A stretch of DNA of 62,983 nt, filler included, from Octopus bimaculoides (lineage: Eukaryota): the NCBI RefSeq assembly GCF_001194135.2. It is 9 parts of 9 records of this genome, joined end to end, with 100 filler letters (N's around TTAATTAATTAA, not from the genome) between each part and the next. Parts side by side here need not be neighbours in the genome. Positions count along the whole stretch, not along the records: positions 1 to 4,849 come from NC_068989.1; positions 4,950 to 15,561 come from NC_069004.1; 7 more parts are not named here. One strand, 5' to 3'. A program made the translations under genes and the position numbers. The notes beneath the pieces are model-generated. The model worked only from the letters and a program-made list of their open reading frames with translations. It was not told the DNA's origin and did not search any database. The first letter of the stretch is position 1. Each line of letters opens with the position of its first letter. Positions 1 through 11,614 of the stretch are shown here, in pieces.

Positions 1-80
<80 letters not shown>
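1..80. repeat. (TA)n followed by (GATA)n compound microsatellite
   Basis: Directly visible tandem units. Confidence 0.98.
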
Positions 81-84
81 TGAA

Positions 85-235
85 GGTGTTCCTTACAGTT
101 TTTGCCTTTCAAATTCACTCACAAGATATTAATCTGCTCCGTGCATTAGTAGAAGACAGTTGCCTAAATTACCGTACAGTGGAATTGAACCTGAAACTAC
201 GTCGTCGTAAAGCGAGCTTCTTATACTGTTGTATC
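85..235 (-). mobile_element. Decayed tRNA-derived SINE, family B head (CORE-SINE-like)
   Basis: Reverse complement aligns by eye to cleaner copies at 55265-55420 and 24500-24650. Confidence 0.7.
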
Positions 236-329
236 TTGTACGAGTATTTACACCAATACTAAACACACGCACTGGTTCAATTTCACTTCTCTATTCACTG
301 GCGATTGATTTGTTAATTACCCACCCAAC

Positions 330-515
330 TAATTGATTGCTTCTTTAACCAATCGGTGGAACTCCAATGTTTCACTGGTACTTAATTTATTGACTCCGAA
401 AGGATGAAAGGCAAAGTCGACCTCGGCGGAATTTGAACTCACAACGTAGCGACGAGCGAAATACCGCTAATCATTTCGTCCAGCGTACTAACGATTCTGC
501 CAAGCTCGCCGCCTT
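330..515 (-). mobile_element. tRNA-derived SINE, family A (central part resembles the Meta/Sauria-type GCCTTTCATCCTTTCGGGGTCGATAAA domain)
   Basis: A-box-like GAGCTGGCAGAATCGTTAG and B-box GAGTTCAAATTCC on the minus strand. More than ten similar copies occur in the window. The family naming is inference. Confidence 0.85.
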
Positions 516-529
516 TATACATAGATATC

Positions 530-574
<45 letters not shown>

Positions 575-1134
575 CACTTTGATGGCATACACTGGTCTCT
601 CACTCAATAATATTTTGGCACGTGGCCAGCAGTTTTGGGGGACGGGCCAAGTCGATTAAATCGACCCCAGTGTTCAACTGACACCCATTGTTATCAACCC
701 CCGAAAGGGTGAAAGGCAAAGTCGACCTTGTTTAAGCGTTTCTCCCGGCGTACTAGAAGAAGAAGAAGAAGGAGGAGGAGGAGGAGGTGGAGGACACAAC
801 GGTTGAATGGTTGGTAGGAGAAGTTCGCTCCGGAATGAAATGGTCTTGCGTTCGATCTCTGTGTCTGTCAAAGTGGGCAAACGCCTTTTACTTTAACCCC
901 TGGTCAATCCTTGACAGTGTAATTTGGCGGCGGACGGAAAGTGTACAGAAGCACATGATGGAATAAGTTATACCTGTAATTTAGATGTTCAGTCTCGTTA
1001 CACACTGTTACACCTATTCCGACTGAGGTTTACGTTAAGGGCTCGCATGTTTGTGGAATACTCAACCACTAAGACGCTAAGTTAATGAGCTCGTGGCATA
1101 GTTGATTGATTTAGCCGAATAATCATCGACAAAA

Positions 1135-1196
1135 GTGACTGAGATCCGTCCGTCCGTCCGTCCATCCATCCATCCATCCATCCATCCATCCTACTA

Positions 1197-1232
<36 letters not shown>

Positions 1233-1336
1233 TTGCTGTTGGTGCAAGAATCTAGAGCTGCTGCAACGTCTACTGCTGCAATTATTGCTGATCGTGCAGT
1301 TTTTCTTATCGAAGGTGTCGCTGATGATGCTGCGGC

Positions 1337-1373
<37 letters not shown>

Positions 1374-2170
1374 AATGGTGACGCTGATGATGATGGCTAA
1401 AACGACGATGGTATTGGTGGCTGTGGTGGTGGATCATTGTGAGGGGTGGCGTCCGTGCTGATGTCGACGAGGGGGCCGGCTTTAGCTATTGTGTTAGTGC
1501 TGCATCAGGTGCTGCTGCTGTTGCAGCTGTTACTGCAGTAGCGGCAAAAACGGTTGCAATACCGGTTCTTCTATGTGGTGTTTTGAATTTATTAGAAATA
1601 GCAGTCAAATCCTTCTCAGACTACACCATATTATTTATAATGGAAGACAGACGTTGAATGACCTAGTCGAAGGTATACTATTCCTGAAAACAAGACGGGA
1701 AAGTCACGGCTGGAGTGACTTTGACCATGTGTGTACTCGATTAACCAACATCACCTGGTACAACAGTAGTTGATATTGCAACCGTCGGTGGTGGTCGTCG
1801 TCGTATTGGCCATGTTTGTATGCATGACCAGGTCGGTGGCGTATGGCAGTGATGGTGTTGATAGTGGTGATGGTGATTGTGGTGGTGGGGTGGTGGTGGT
1901 GGTGGTGGTGATGGTGGTAGTGTTAATAGTGGTGGCGGTGCTCGTGGTAGTGGTGATGGTTGTGGTGGTCGTCGTCGTGATGGCAGTAGTGTTGATAGTG
2001 TTGACGGTGGTGGCGGTGCTCGTGATAGTGGTGGTGGTTGTGGTGGTGGTCGTGGTGATGGCGGTAGTGTTGATAGTGGTACCAGTGGTGGCGGTGATGG
2101 TTGCTATTGTTGTTGGTGGTGGTGGTGATGGCAATGGTGTTGGTGTTGGTAGCGGTATTATTGGTGGTGT
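1135..2170. repeat. Low-complexity tract of CATC, CTA, CTG, GAT and GGT repeats with an imperfect 70-78 bp higher-order unit at about 1905-2100
   Basis: Directly visible. The motif gatggYRgtagtgttRatagt recurs three times. Confidence 0.9.
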
Positions 2171-2255
2171 TGGAAGACGGTGAACTGGGAGAATCGTTAA
2201 GGCATCGGACAAAATACTTAGCGGGTATTTCTTCAACGACAACACCGCGTAACTC

Positions 2256-2308
<53 letters not shown>

Positions 2309-2364
2309 GCTAGTCCGACGGCCATCACAATTGCAGCTCTATCGGCGAACAACTACACTGCAAC

Positions 2365-2622
2365 CACACCTACTGTTTCTTATTTCTTTATTGCCCACAA
2401 AGGGCTAAACATAGAGGGGACAAACGAGGACAGACAAAGGGATTAAGTCAATTACATCGACCCCAGTGCGTAACTGGTACTTAATTTATCGACCCCGAAA
2501 GGATGAAAGGCAAAGTAGACCTCGGCGGAATTTGAACCCAGAACAACCCAGAACGTAGCGGCAGACGAAATACCGCTAAGCATTTCGCCCGGCGTGCTAA
2601 CGTTTCTGCCAGCTCGCCGCCT
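2365..2622 (-). mobile_element. SINE family A, near full length
   Basis: Same head and central block as 330-515. Confidence 0.9.
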
Positions 2623-2819
2623 TTCTACTACTGTTTACTACCACTCCCTCTGGTAACATAAGTGCCTCTACTCGTACGACGACAAAGTGGAGCGCTGTCA
2701 GGTGACAGGTGACAGGTAGCAGAACCAGTGCCACGTCGGATATGATGCTTAGAGGCGTTTTTTTTTTTTTCTGGCTTTTATGCTGAGTTCAAATGCTGCC
2801 GAAGTACAACATCTCAGGG

Positions 2820-3135
2820 ATGATAAAGCAAAAATATTACACTGATTGTCATGACAACCAGTGTTTGTTTGTTTACGTCCCTGTAAAATAGCGGTTTGGT
2901 AATAGGAAACCGATAAAAATAAGCACTAAGCATAAAAAAGTACTCGTACCGATTTGTTCGACTAAACATATCGTTTGTATGTATCAGTGCACGTGTCTTT
3001 TTGTGTTTGTCCCACTTGACAAACCGGTGTTAGTTTGTTTACGTCTCCTGTAATATAGCTGTTCATCAAAAAAGAGAACGATAGAATAAGTATCAGGCTT
3101 TAATTCAAGTACCCGGATCAATTTGTTCGACTAAA
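2820..3135 (+). mobile_element. Two tandem partial SINE family B 3' tails
   Basis: gacaaccagtgtttgtttgtttacgtccctgtaaaatagcggtt and gacaaaccggtgttagtttgtttacgtctcctgtaatatagc match the tail at 24300-24480. Confidence 0.7.
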
Positions 3136-3576
3136 CCCATAAATTCACTGCCCCAAAATTGCCGCAGTCTGATAACCGAAACATGTAACAGATAAAAGAC
3201 TTCTGGTCTAGGGCGTGAGATACGGATCTTTGCTCTCTGAGTTCAAATCCGCCGATGTCAAATTTGCTTTTCACCCATTTACTTCTTTTATCAAGATCGA
3301 TAAATACAGCATTGGTCAAGGGCAGTGGATTGGTGGATGGGTTGTCTTGGCATAATCTGTTCCTGTCCTTTTTTTGTTCTTGCATTCGAATACCACCTAC
3401 CAATTAAAATCCTGATAATGGGTCAAAGTTAATCAGCCTATTACCAGAAATAGAATATTTTTTCTGTTTTCTTTTCCTTTTCATTTTGGGTATAAAATCT
3501 GCAACGATTGACTGGATAGTTACGAGACCGTCTGCTACGTCAGTCGAATGATGGTGATGGCCGTAACTACCATGAC

Positions 3577-3663
<87 letters not shown>

Positions 3664-4200
3664 GGTAGTTGTGGTGTTGGGGTCGGCGGTGATAATGACA
3701 ATGTTGCTGATGTAGTTGTTGATCAATATACGAGTCTTATTTCTAATTGCGTACGTATTGTGAACAAACAAACGAACAATCAGAAAACAACATGCCTCAA
3801 GATAAATAGACCCCCCCCCACCGCACACTCATGTAGACAAACATGTGCCCGTACATATACTCACAGATACATGCATACGTCATGTGTACATTGTAAATAT
3901 ATATATGTATATATATATACATAACAGAGAGAGAGAGANNNNNNNNNNNNNNNNNNNNNNNNNNNNNNNNNNNNNNNNNNNNNNNNNNNNNNNNNNNNNN
4001 NNNNNNNNNNNNNNNNNNNNNNNNNNNNNNNNNNNNNNNNNNNNNNNNNNNNNNNNNNNNNNNNNNNNNNNNNNNNNNNNNNNNNNNNNNNNNNNNTATA
4101 CATACACAAACACACACATGCACGTATACTCACAGATACATATTATATATACATACACATATACATCTATATGTACGTGTATAAGTATATATATATACAT

Positions 4201-4242
<42 letters not shown>

Positions 4243-4661
4243 TTGATGGATAGATAGATAGACAGACGGACAGACATACATACAGACAGACAGACAGACA
4301 GACAGGCAGACAGACAGACAGGCAGACAGACAGACAGATGTGCGCGTGTTCTACTTGTAATCAGACAGGAGCGTGTCGCCAGTTACGTATATTACAATTG
4401 TGGATTAGTGTAAATACCTATAGGTATTTACATTTCTGTAAAGATAATTATCTGCAGGGATGTAAGTCAATAGCCAATCGATGATAGAGATCAATAATAT
4501 CAGTACCGGACTAAACTCTCGAGTTCGATATAATTAACTACTGAAGCCATTGAAATTCGTGCCCCAGTATTGCCGCAGTCCAATAAAAGAGCACTAGTTA
4601 ACACATAAACACATAAACCCATATGTATGTATTATGTATAATATAATATACACATATGCAT

Positions 4662-4706
<45 letters not shown>

Positions 4707-4976
4707 CAGATATATACACACATACACATATATACTGATACATACACATACAGATATATGCATATATATATGTATATATATGTATGTGTGTATATATATA
4801 TGCATATGTATATATACATATATCATATATATATATATATATATATATANNNNNNNNNNNNNNNNNNNNNNNNNNNNNNNNNNNNNNNNNNNNTTAATTA
4901 ATTAANNNNNNNNNNNNNNNNNNNNNNNNNNNNNNNNNNNNNNNNNNNNATATATATATATATATATATACACACA

Positions 4977-6695
4977 CTAGCAGAAATACCTGGCATTGCC
5001 TGGGTTAAAGAGAATAATGAAATTTAAAAACACTGTCTAGATTATGCAGGTCTCAACTGCTAGTAGCTGAGATACCAACTTTCTACATTAATAACTCTCC
5101 AACCCATGCCAGCATGGAACACAGACGTTAAGTGAAATATTAAAAGATAGTTTTTAACTCATATATGTATATAAAGTAAATACACATAATTCAAAAACAT
5201 GTTTTGTGTAGCTTATTTCGTAACCACAAAATAGGTTCAGATTATAAACAATGAAAGACTGATTTTGGTGATTCATTTGGTGTCAACAGAGGTAGTAGAG
5301 AGCCAATCCCATGATAAATCTGACCTTGGATCTTGAAAGTTTGCATGAATCCTGGCTCAGTTAAATCTCTTGTGGTTCCAAATGATATAATCTGTAGTGC
5401 AGCATTGTATTGTCTAATTTTGCACTCATGGAAACTCCAGTGTCATCTACATAATGGACTGCAGGATCATAATTGAAAGCTACTTCATAGAAGTTGCTTC
5501 TCTGAGCTGTTGCAACTGCTCTTTGTCCTGTAGTGGAGATCCTATTCCCTGTCAGCTGTGCATAGCTCTGTTCATCACTTTGAGATGTTCTGGCTTTTGT
5601 AGTGCACAGTCTGTTCATTCCTTGGTATGCTTCCCTTTCTGCAGCTGTCTCTCTTTCCCTGGACAGAGACATTCTTTTAGCTGACCTTGACATAGTAAAC
5701 AAATTTGACACTTTCCTTCTAGGCATGGTTATATACATATACAGAAATACACGGGTGCAGAAGATAGTAAGCAATGAAAATAACTGGGTAACGGAAATTA
5801 TATTTCTTAATACAATGGGGAGAAAGTAAATAAGAAATTTTTACGGAAAATAAAGAATTGTATGAGTTGAAGTGAAACTTGTCAGTGAACCAAAGAGCCA
5901 GAATCGAAGGAACCAGAAAAAAGCTGTTAAAATCAGAAAAACACAAAACCATTGCAAAAGTAAATAAGAAATTTTTAGGGAAATTAACTAAGTGTCCAGA
6001 TTTAAGTGAAATTTTTTAAGTTACTTCTGTCAGTAAATTATGAACTTACTTTTATCAGTAATTCTGTCAACAACAATAAACATAAAATGTTGCAGAAATA
6101 AATGAGAAATTTGTAGGCAAATTTAATGAAGTGTATGTATTGAAGTGAAATCTATGATGTCACTTCTGTCAGTAAATTATATATGAAATTGCTTTCCTCA
6201 GTAATTGTAAACTTCTTTCTGTCAGTAATTTGTCATTGTTGTTTGTAAATAGGAATTAAAAACTTACAATGAAGACAATAGTGATTGAATTTAAAGTGAA
6301 AACAATAGCATCTGAAAAATTAAAGTGAAAACAATAGAGAGTGAGTGAGATATAGAGAGAAGGGGAGAAAGAGAGAACTAGCTAGTTACACAAATACGAT
6401 AGATATTGATACATAGATAAGATATAGACAGATAGATAGATATAGAGATAGAGATGGATAAAGAGATATAGATAGAGAGATATAGACGTCTCTGACGCCA
6501 GAAAACCAGTAGTAAATATTTGAAAAAAACTTTCAAAGATGTGAATCTAATATTAAAAGCAATATATAAAATTTTTTTTTTTTACAACCAATGGGTGTAA
6601 GAGAGACAATCAATTTCTGAAAGTTTGGAGAAATTCAGTTGAAAAATGCGCCTGTTATAATCTTTTACACACACACACAGAATGGGATCTCTCTC

Positions 6696-6708
<13 letters not shown>
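4977..6708 (-). mobile_element. Non-autonomous Helitron deletion derivative carrying Rep fragments
   Basis: 3' CTAG end with a hairpin at 4977-5005 (same family as 15392-15482) and internal Rep-like peptides. The 5' end near 6700 is approximate. Confidence 0.65.
5250..5728 (-). pseudogene. Helitron RepHel N-terminal fragments, frameshifted and internally deleted
   Basis: MPRRKVSNL...RERETAAERE...AFNYDPAVHY, then in another frame EPGFMQTFKIQGQIYHGIGSLLP (5291-5358), matching the conserved Helitron motif GFMPTFKIQGQVYHRIGSLLP. Confidence 0.85.
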
Positions 6709-6724
<16 letters not shown>

Positions 6725-6726
<2 letters not shown>

Positions 6727-6994
6727 TGTTGGCACTCCGTCGCTTACGACGTCAAGGGTTCCAGTTGATCTGATCAACGGAACAGCCTGCTCGTGAAATT
6801 AACGTGCAAGTGGCTGAGCATTCCACAGACACGTGTACCCTTAACATAGTTCTCGGGGATATTCAGCGTGACACAGTGTGACAAGGCTGACCCTTTGAAT
6901 TACAGGCACAACAGAAACAGGAAGTAAGAGTGAAAGAAAGTTGTGGTGAAAGAGTACAGCAGGGTTCGCCACCATACCCTGCTGGAGCCTTGTG
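6725..6994 (-). mobile_element. SINE family C, 3' two-thirds (truncated by gap)
   Basis: High similarity to 17994-18346 and 41114-41495. Confidence 0.9.
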
Positions 6995-7187
6995 NNNNNN
7001 NNNNNNNNNNNNNNNNNNNNNNNNNNNNNNNNNNNNNNNNNNNNNNNNNNNNNNNNNNNNNNNNNNNNNNNNNNNNNNNNNNNNNNNNNNNNNNNNNNNN
7101 NNNNNNNNNNNNNNNNNNNNNNNNNNNNNNNNNNNNNNNNNNNNNNNNNNNNNNNNNNNNNNNNNNNNNNNNNNNNNNNNNNNNNNN

Positions 7188-7220
<33 letters not shown>

Positions 7221-8555
7221 GAGGGTGAGGCAGAGAGGATGGACGTTTTTTGAAATAGCTATTTCTCAGTCCCAGTGGGAGGGACATATGTTTGACAGGT
7301 ACCATTTCGTTTGTGGTCTCTTAGTGGTTTTTTTCTTTTCAGGTGAAGCCATGGTGCTATGGACGATACGGCATAGTGCATTTGCCACCAATGGTCATGT
7401 GAAGAATAATGAGTCTGTCATAGCAGTTTAGCCTGAGTTTCAGTACCACTTCAACATTTACTGAAATTAGGCTTTTCTCATCCATAGCACAATCTTACAT
7501 TGGGTGGATGCACTTCGTACACGAGGTACACGGATGAATAGGAGACTGGTGGGGGTGCCATGAACGGTATGGACCCTGGAAAATGTGGAACATGTCAGAC
7601 AAGCTTTGATACGGGGTCTGAATGGCTCTGCTCAGAGGCATTCCACTGAACTTGGCATCAGTAATTCATCAATAAGGCATATTTTGCATGAAGACCTGTA
7701 TTTCCACCCTTACAAATTGGTAACTGGGCAACAGTTGAAATCATGGGACTATGCACAGCTTAACATCGCACGTGAGATGGAAGCAATTTCTGAGGCAAAT
7801 GACAACCTTGTTTTGTTAATGAGTGATGAAGCTCATTTTCATATCAGTGGCATGGTGAATCAACAGAACTGTCATTATTGGGTGCTTGAAAATCTGAGAG
7901 AACTGCATGAAACATCACTGCACAGCCCAAAAGTGACTGTCTGTTGTGCTGTTGGAAAAGCTGCCGTCATTGGTCCTTACCTTTTTGAAGACAATAATGG
8001 GAATGGTGTTGCTGTGAACTCCAAGCTTTACATCATGATGATAAACAACTTCTTTGTGCCTGAATTCCAATGAAAGCGTATGCCTTTTTGATGTGTGGTT
8101 TCAGCAGGAAGGGGCAATGGCCCACACAGCCAGAGCATTAATGGATGTTCTTTGACCTCTCTTCAATGACTATCTCATTTCCAGGTTTGCTGACATTCCT
8201 TGATCCCCTTGGTCCCCTGATTTGTCCATGTGTGATTATTTCATGTGGGGAAACCTCAAGGTATGTGTGTATGCACATAAGCCCCATACATTGGATGATT
8301 TGAAGGAAGCTATTTGTGTGGAAGTCACCCAAATCAACTGAGTAATACTGGAAGGAATGGAGGCCAACTTCCAAGAGTGCCTTTAGAAATGCATCAATGA
8401 AAACAGACACCACATGATGGATGTTGTCTTTCATACTTGATTTTGACGAATGCTAATTCAATACGAACACATTGATGTCAATAAAATTTGTTTGCAGCTA
8501 AAATTAATGATTTTGTGAATTTTTCAAAAACGTCTGTCCTTTCTGCCCCACCCTG
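7221..8555 (+). mobile_element. Tc1/mariner DD41D (rosa-type) transposon, full length, pseudogenised
   Basis: TIRs of about 33 bp (GAGGGTGAGGCAGAGAGGATGGACGTTTTTTGAA versus the reverse complement CAGGGTGGGGCAGAAAGGACAGACGTTTTTGAA). Peptides SDEAHFH, WFQQEGA (originally QQDGA) and SPDLSMCDYFMWG give 41 residues between the second and third catalytic positions. Stops and a frameshift are present. Confidence 0.92.
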
Positions 8556-8575
8556 TGTGTGTGTGTGTGTGTGTG

Positions 8576-8612
<37 letters not shown>

Positions 8613-8622
8613 NNNNNNNNNN

Positions 8623-8664
<42 letters not shown>

Positions 8665-8976
8665 GCACAGGCGTGGCTGTGTGATAAGAAATTTGCTTTC
8701 CAACCACATGGTTCTGGATTCAATCTCACTGTGTGGCACCATGGATATGTGTCTCCTACTATGCCCTTGGGCTGACTAAAGCCTTATGAAGTGGATTTGG
8801 CTGGCAGAAACTGAATGAAGCCCTTTGTGTGTATGCGTGTTACTGTTTCCTTACCTTAATACCATGTGATAGTTGTAAACAAATGTCTCTGATCTATATT
8901 TAAGAGATGGGGAACTATGTACATTATTTACATTATTTACAATTGACGGATATTTTTCTTTATCTTGTTTGTTGTT

Positions 8977-9022
8977 AACACAATATTTCGGTTGATGTAC
9001 CCTCCTGCCTTCATCAGGTGTC
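8977..9022 (-). ncRNA. Decayed minimal type-I hammerhead ribozyme motif
   Basis: GACAC-CUGAUGA-A-(ggcag..caacc, broken stem II)-GAAA-UAUU-GUGUU. Confidence 0.55.
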
Positions 9023-9311
9023 TTGAGGAAATTTCGAACCTGGGTTCTCATTCCTAAGGTACTTTTCGATGTTGTTGTTGTTGTTGTTGTTCTTCTTCTT
9101 CTTCTTCTTATTATTATTCAGGTCACTGCCTGGAATCGAACTCGGAATCTTGGGGTTAGTAGCCCGCACTCTTAACCTCTACGCCATATGCCTGGGTACT
9201 AACCCCAAGATTCCGAGTTCGATTCCAGGCAGTGACCTGAATAATAATAATAATAATAATAATATTGAAAAATACCTTAGGAATGAGAATCCAGGTTCGA
9301 AATTCCTCCAA

Positions 9312-9357
9312 GACACCTGATGAAGGCTGGAGGGTATATCAGCCAAAACATTGTGTT
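9312..9357 (+). ncRNA. Decayed minimal type-I hammerhead ribozyme motif
   Basis: GACAC-CUGAUGA-A-GGCUG(gagggUaUaU)CAGCC-AAAAC (G12 to A)-AUU-GUGUU. Confidence 0.6.
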
Positions 9358-11413
9358 AACAACAAAGAAGATGAGGACAAATATCCATCAAATGTAAATA
9401 ATGTAAATAATGTAAATAATGTAAATGTCTCTGACATGCAAATAGTGTCTTTCATTCCCAATCTTCTGCAAAAGCCTTTTCAGTGATGGGGAAATATTAT
9501 CTTACTACAAAACAGGTGAGGGTTGGCCACATCTGGCTGTAGAAAATCTGCCTCAGCAAAACTCCATGTGACCCATGCAAATAAGATATAGAGGACATTA
9601 AAATGATGATGATGATATCATAATTAAGCTTCTCTCTTGAAATATTTAGTCAAAGTGTTGTTGCATCTCAGGTTATATTTTTCTACATTTGACATGGACC
9701 AGCATTTTTAGAATACTGTAATTATCTATTTCCTGCAGATATTAATTCTCAGTGTTTGTTAGAACAAAACTTCTTAATCTGTCTTCTTGGTTCATAATAT
9801 TTTTTTCATTGTTATTTATTTATTAATTTCTTTTAAGTTTCGAGTATGACTGTCTGCCATTGTAGTTTGTTACCATGGTAGCTGAAATATATTCATAAAA
9901 GTGTTTTCATGCTTGGAAAATAAAGATTCCAAATGATTATTCATTATGCAGCAGCAAAACTGAATCTCCACAAGAAAACTAGCTTTCAAAAGCTCAGTGA
10001 ATTATAGAGACTCTTTAGTAAATCTTTTAGAGACAACAGCAACAAGTGTGTAATTTGCTTGCAACAATACAGAAGTTGGAACTGAAAATTATTGTCCAGT
10101 AATTTGACAAGGTCAAAGGGACTGCTTTTCTTGGGGACAGGACATATTGTCTCACGTTTCCATAATTAGGAACACTACACTATGGTACACAATGGTTTAA
10201 CTAATGGTTAACTAAAAAGTAATCTTTTTGCTTTCTGTTTCTTTTGCCTTCTATTTCTAGCAGGTTGAGTGATCACACACAGGTTACATTGTTGACTTCT
10301 ATTTATTTAGTGTTACTGTTGTTGTTGTTGATGGTGGTGGTTGTGGTCATAGTGACAGTAATGTGTTTTTTTGTAGAGGTTATTATTTAACAGAAATGAG
10401 CTAAGAGAAATAACTAATGTTGGCCAGTGGCATGTATTTGAACATCATAGACAAATACAGGCATATCAAATGTCATGTAACAAAAATTCTTGATTTATTA
10501 AAAGTATATCTATGTTTAGAGGATGTAAATTATTACAAAATGGCAATTTAAATTAGCTCCATGTAAGAAGGGGAGGTAATATGAAGAATCAAGAATTTCC
10601 CCAAAGTTGACATGCCATTAAAGAAAAGGACAGGTTTATTGTCTGCAGATAAGAGAAAAGTTGTGGACATGTTTCTGCCTCAGTAGCCATCATCAACATG
10701 ACAATTGTCCAACCTTATCTTCAGTAGCCAAGGGATTTAACCCTTTAGCATTTAAACTGGCCACATTCAGCCAAAATATTCTACCAGTTTTATGTTCAAA
10801 GTGACCAGATTTGGCCTCTCACACTTTTCCTACAATGTCATTTTAAAAAAAATAAATGATCACTCATCAAAATCTTGAATCTATAAGATAATGCTTGATT
10901 AATTCAAAGCAATATGAATAAATAAGCATTACACTCAACAGAGTAATCAGAACAATAGAACTCATTTTTAGCCTTGGTAATTTGCTTATTTTAAACAAAA
11001 ATGAGCTAAGTGAAATTACTCAGAGTGGTCAGTGAGATGTATATGAACAACACAGATAGATGCAGCTTATATCAAATACCATACAACATAAACCCTGGTC
11101 AACTACATTTGAGCAAACCTATGACCTAAGGTATTCCAGTCATGGCTATCTGTTTTTTTTTTAGGAGTATGTAAGAGGATTTCATTTATCTAATGTGTCC
11201 CTTCTTTATATAAGACAGTAGGATTTGTAATTTGAGGAAAATTTGTTTGCTATTTCTAGCAGGTTGTGCAAGCATGTAGAAAAAGCTTCTTCATTGGTTC
11301 ATTGTTATCCTTCATGTTGGTAGTGATGATGGTGGTGATTGTTACGATGGAGCTTGGTGGTATTACGATATTACTGCTACTACTACTACTGCTACTCAAC
11401 CATGTTCATCTCT

Positions 11414-11614
11414 TTATTGCCAGATGTTATCTCCATTGCCTGCTCCATCAGCTCCATCATTCTTGTTTGTCCCTGTTATCTCAACAATACTTGCTGGATC
11501 AGTTTCTTGTACAACAGCTATTAACTTTAATTGGGGATCAAATTTCGATGATGCTTCTACAGTCACATTTAATTGTCCTGGCTTTTTCTTGTTCCGCAAT
11601 ATTTCATATATTTT
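11414..11614 (-). CDS. Candidate terminal coding exon, unidentified (KIYEILRNKKKPGQLNVTVEASSKFDPQLKLIAVVQETDPASIVEITGTNKNDGADGAGNGDNIWQ*)
   Basis: Phase-0 acceptor tattttag at 11615, 66 open non-repetitive codons in AT-rich DNA, and AATAAA overlapping the stop. The opposite strand is also open, so the strand is not certain. Confidence 0.4.
   Translation of the reverse strand, partial: KIYEILRNKKKPGQLNVTVEASSKFDPQLKLIAVVQETDPASIVEITGTNKNDGADGAGNGDNIWQ

Larger units (their letters stand above)
8893..9422. mobile_element. Head-to-head inverted dimer of a tRNA-headed SINE (family E) with a hammerhead-like tail, flanked by a 12-bp TSD
   Basis: Minus copy 8893-9192 has an A box (TGGCGTAGAGG) and a B box (GAGTTCGATTCC). 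The plus copy 9197-9422 is 5'-truncated. AAATGTCTCTGA occurs at 8881-8892 and 9423-9434. Confidence 0.85.
8665..9615 (+). mobile_element. SINE (family B head plus RTE-like tail) interrupted by an inverted-dimer insertion at 8893-9422
   Basis: The host tail resumes after the duplicated AAATGTCTCTGA and matches the tail at 61920-62230. Confidence 0.75.

Noticed and set aside
1751-2245. Thr-rich mucin-like ORF and the many YI/HT/CV/LSIY repeat ORFs
   Set aside because: Translations of microsatellites, with no splice or complexity support.
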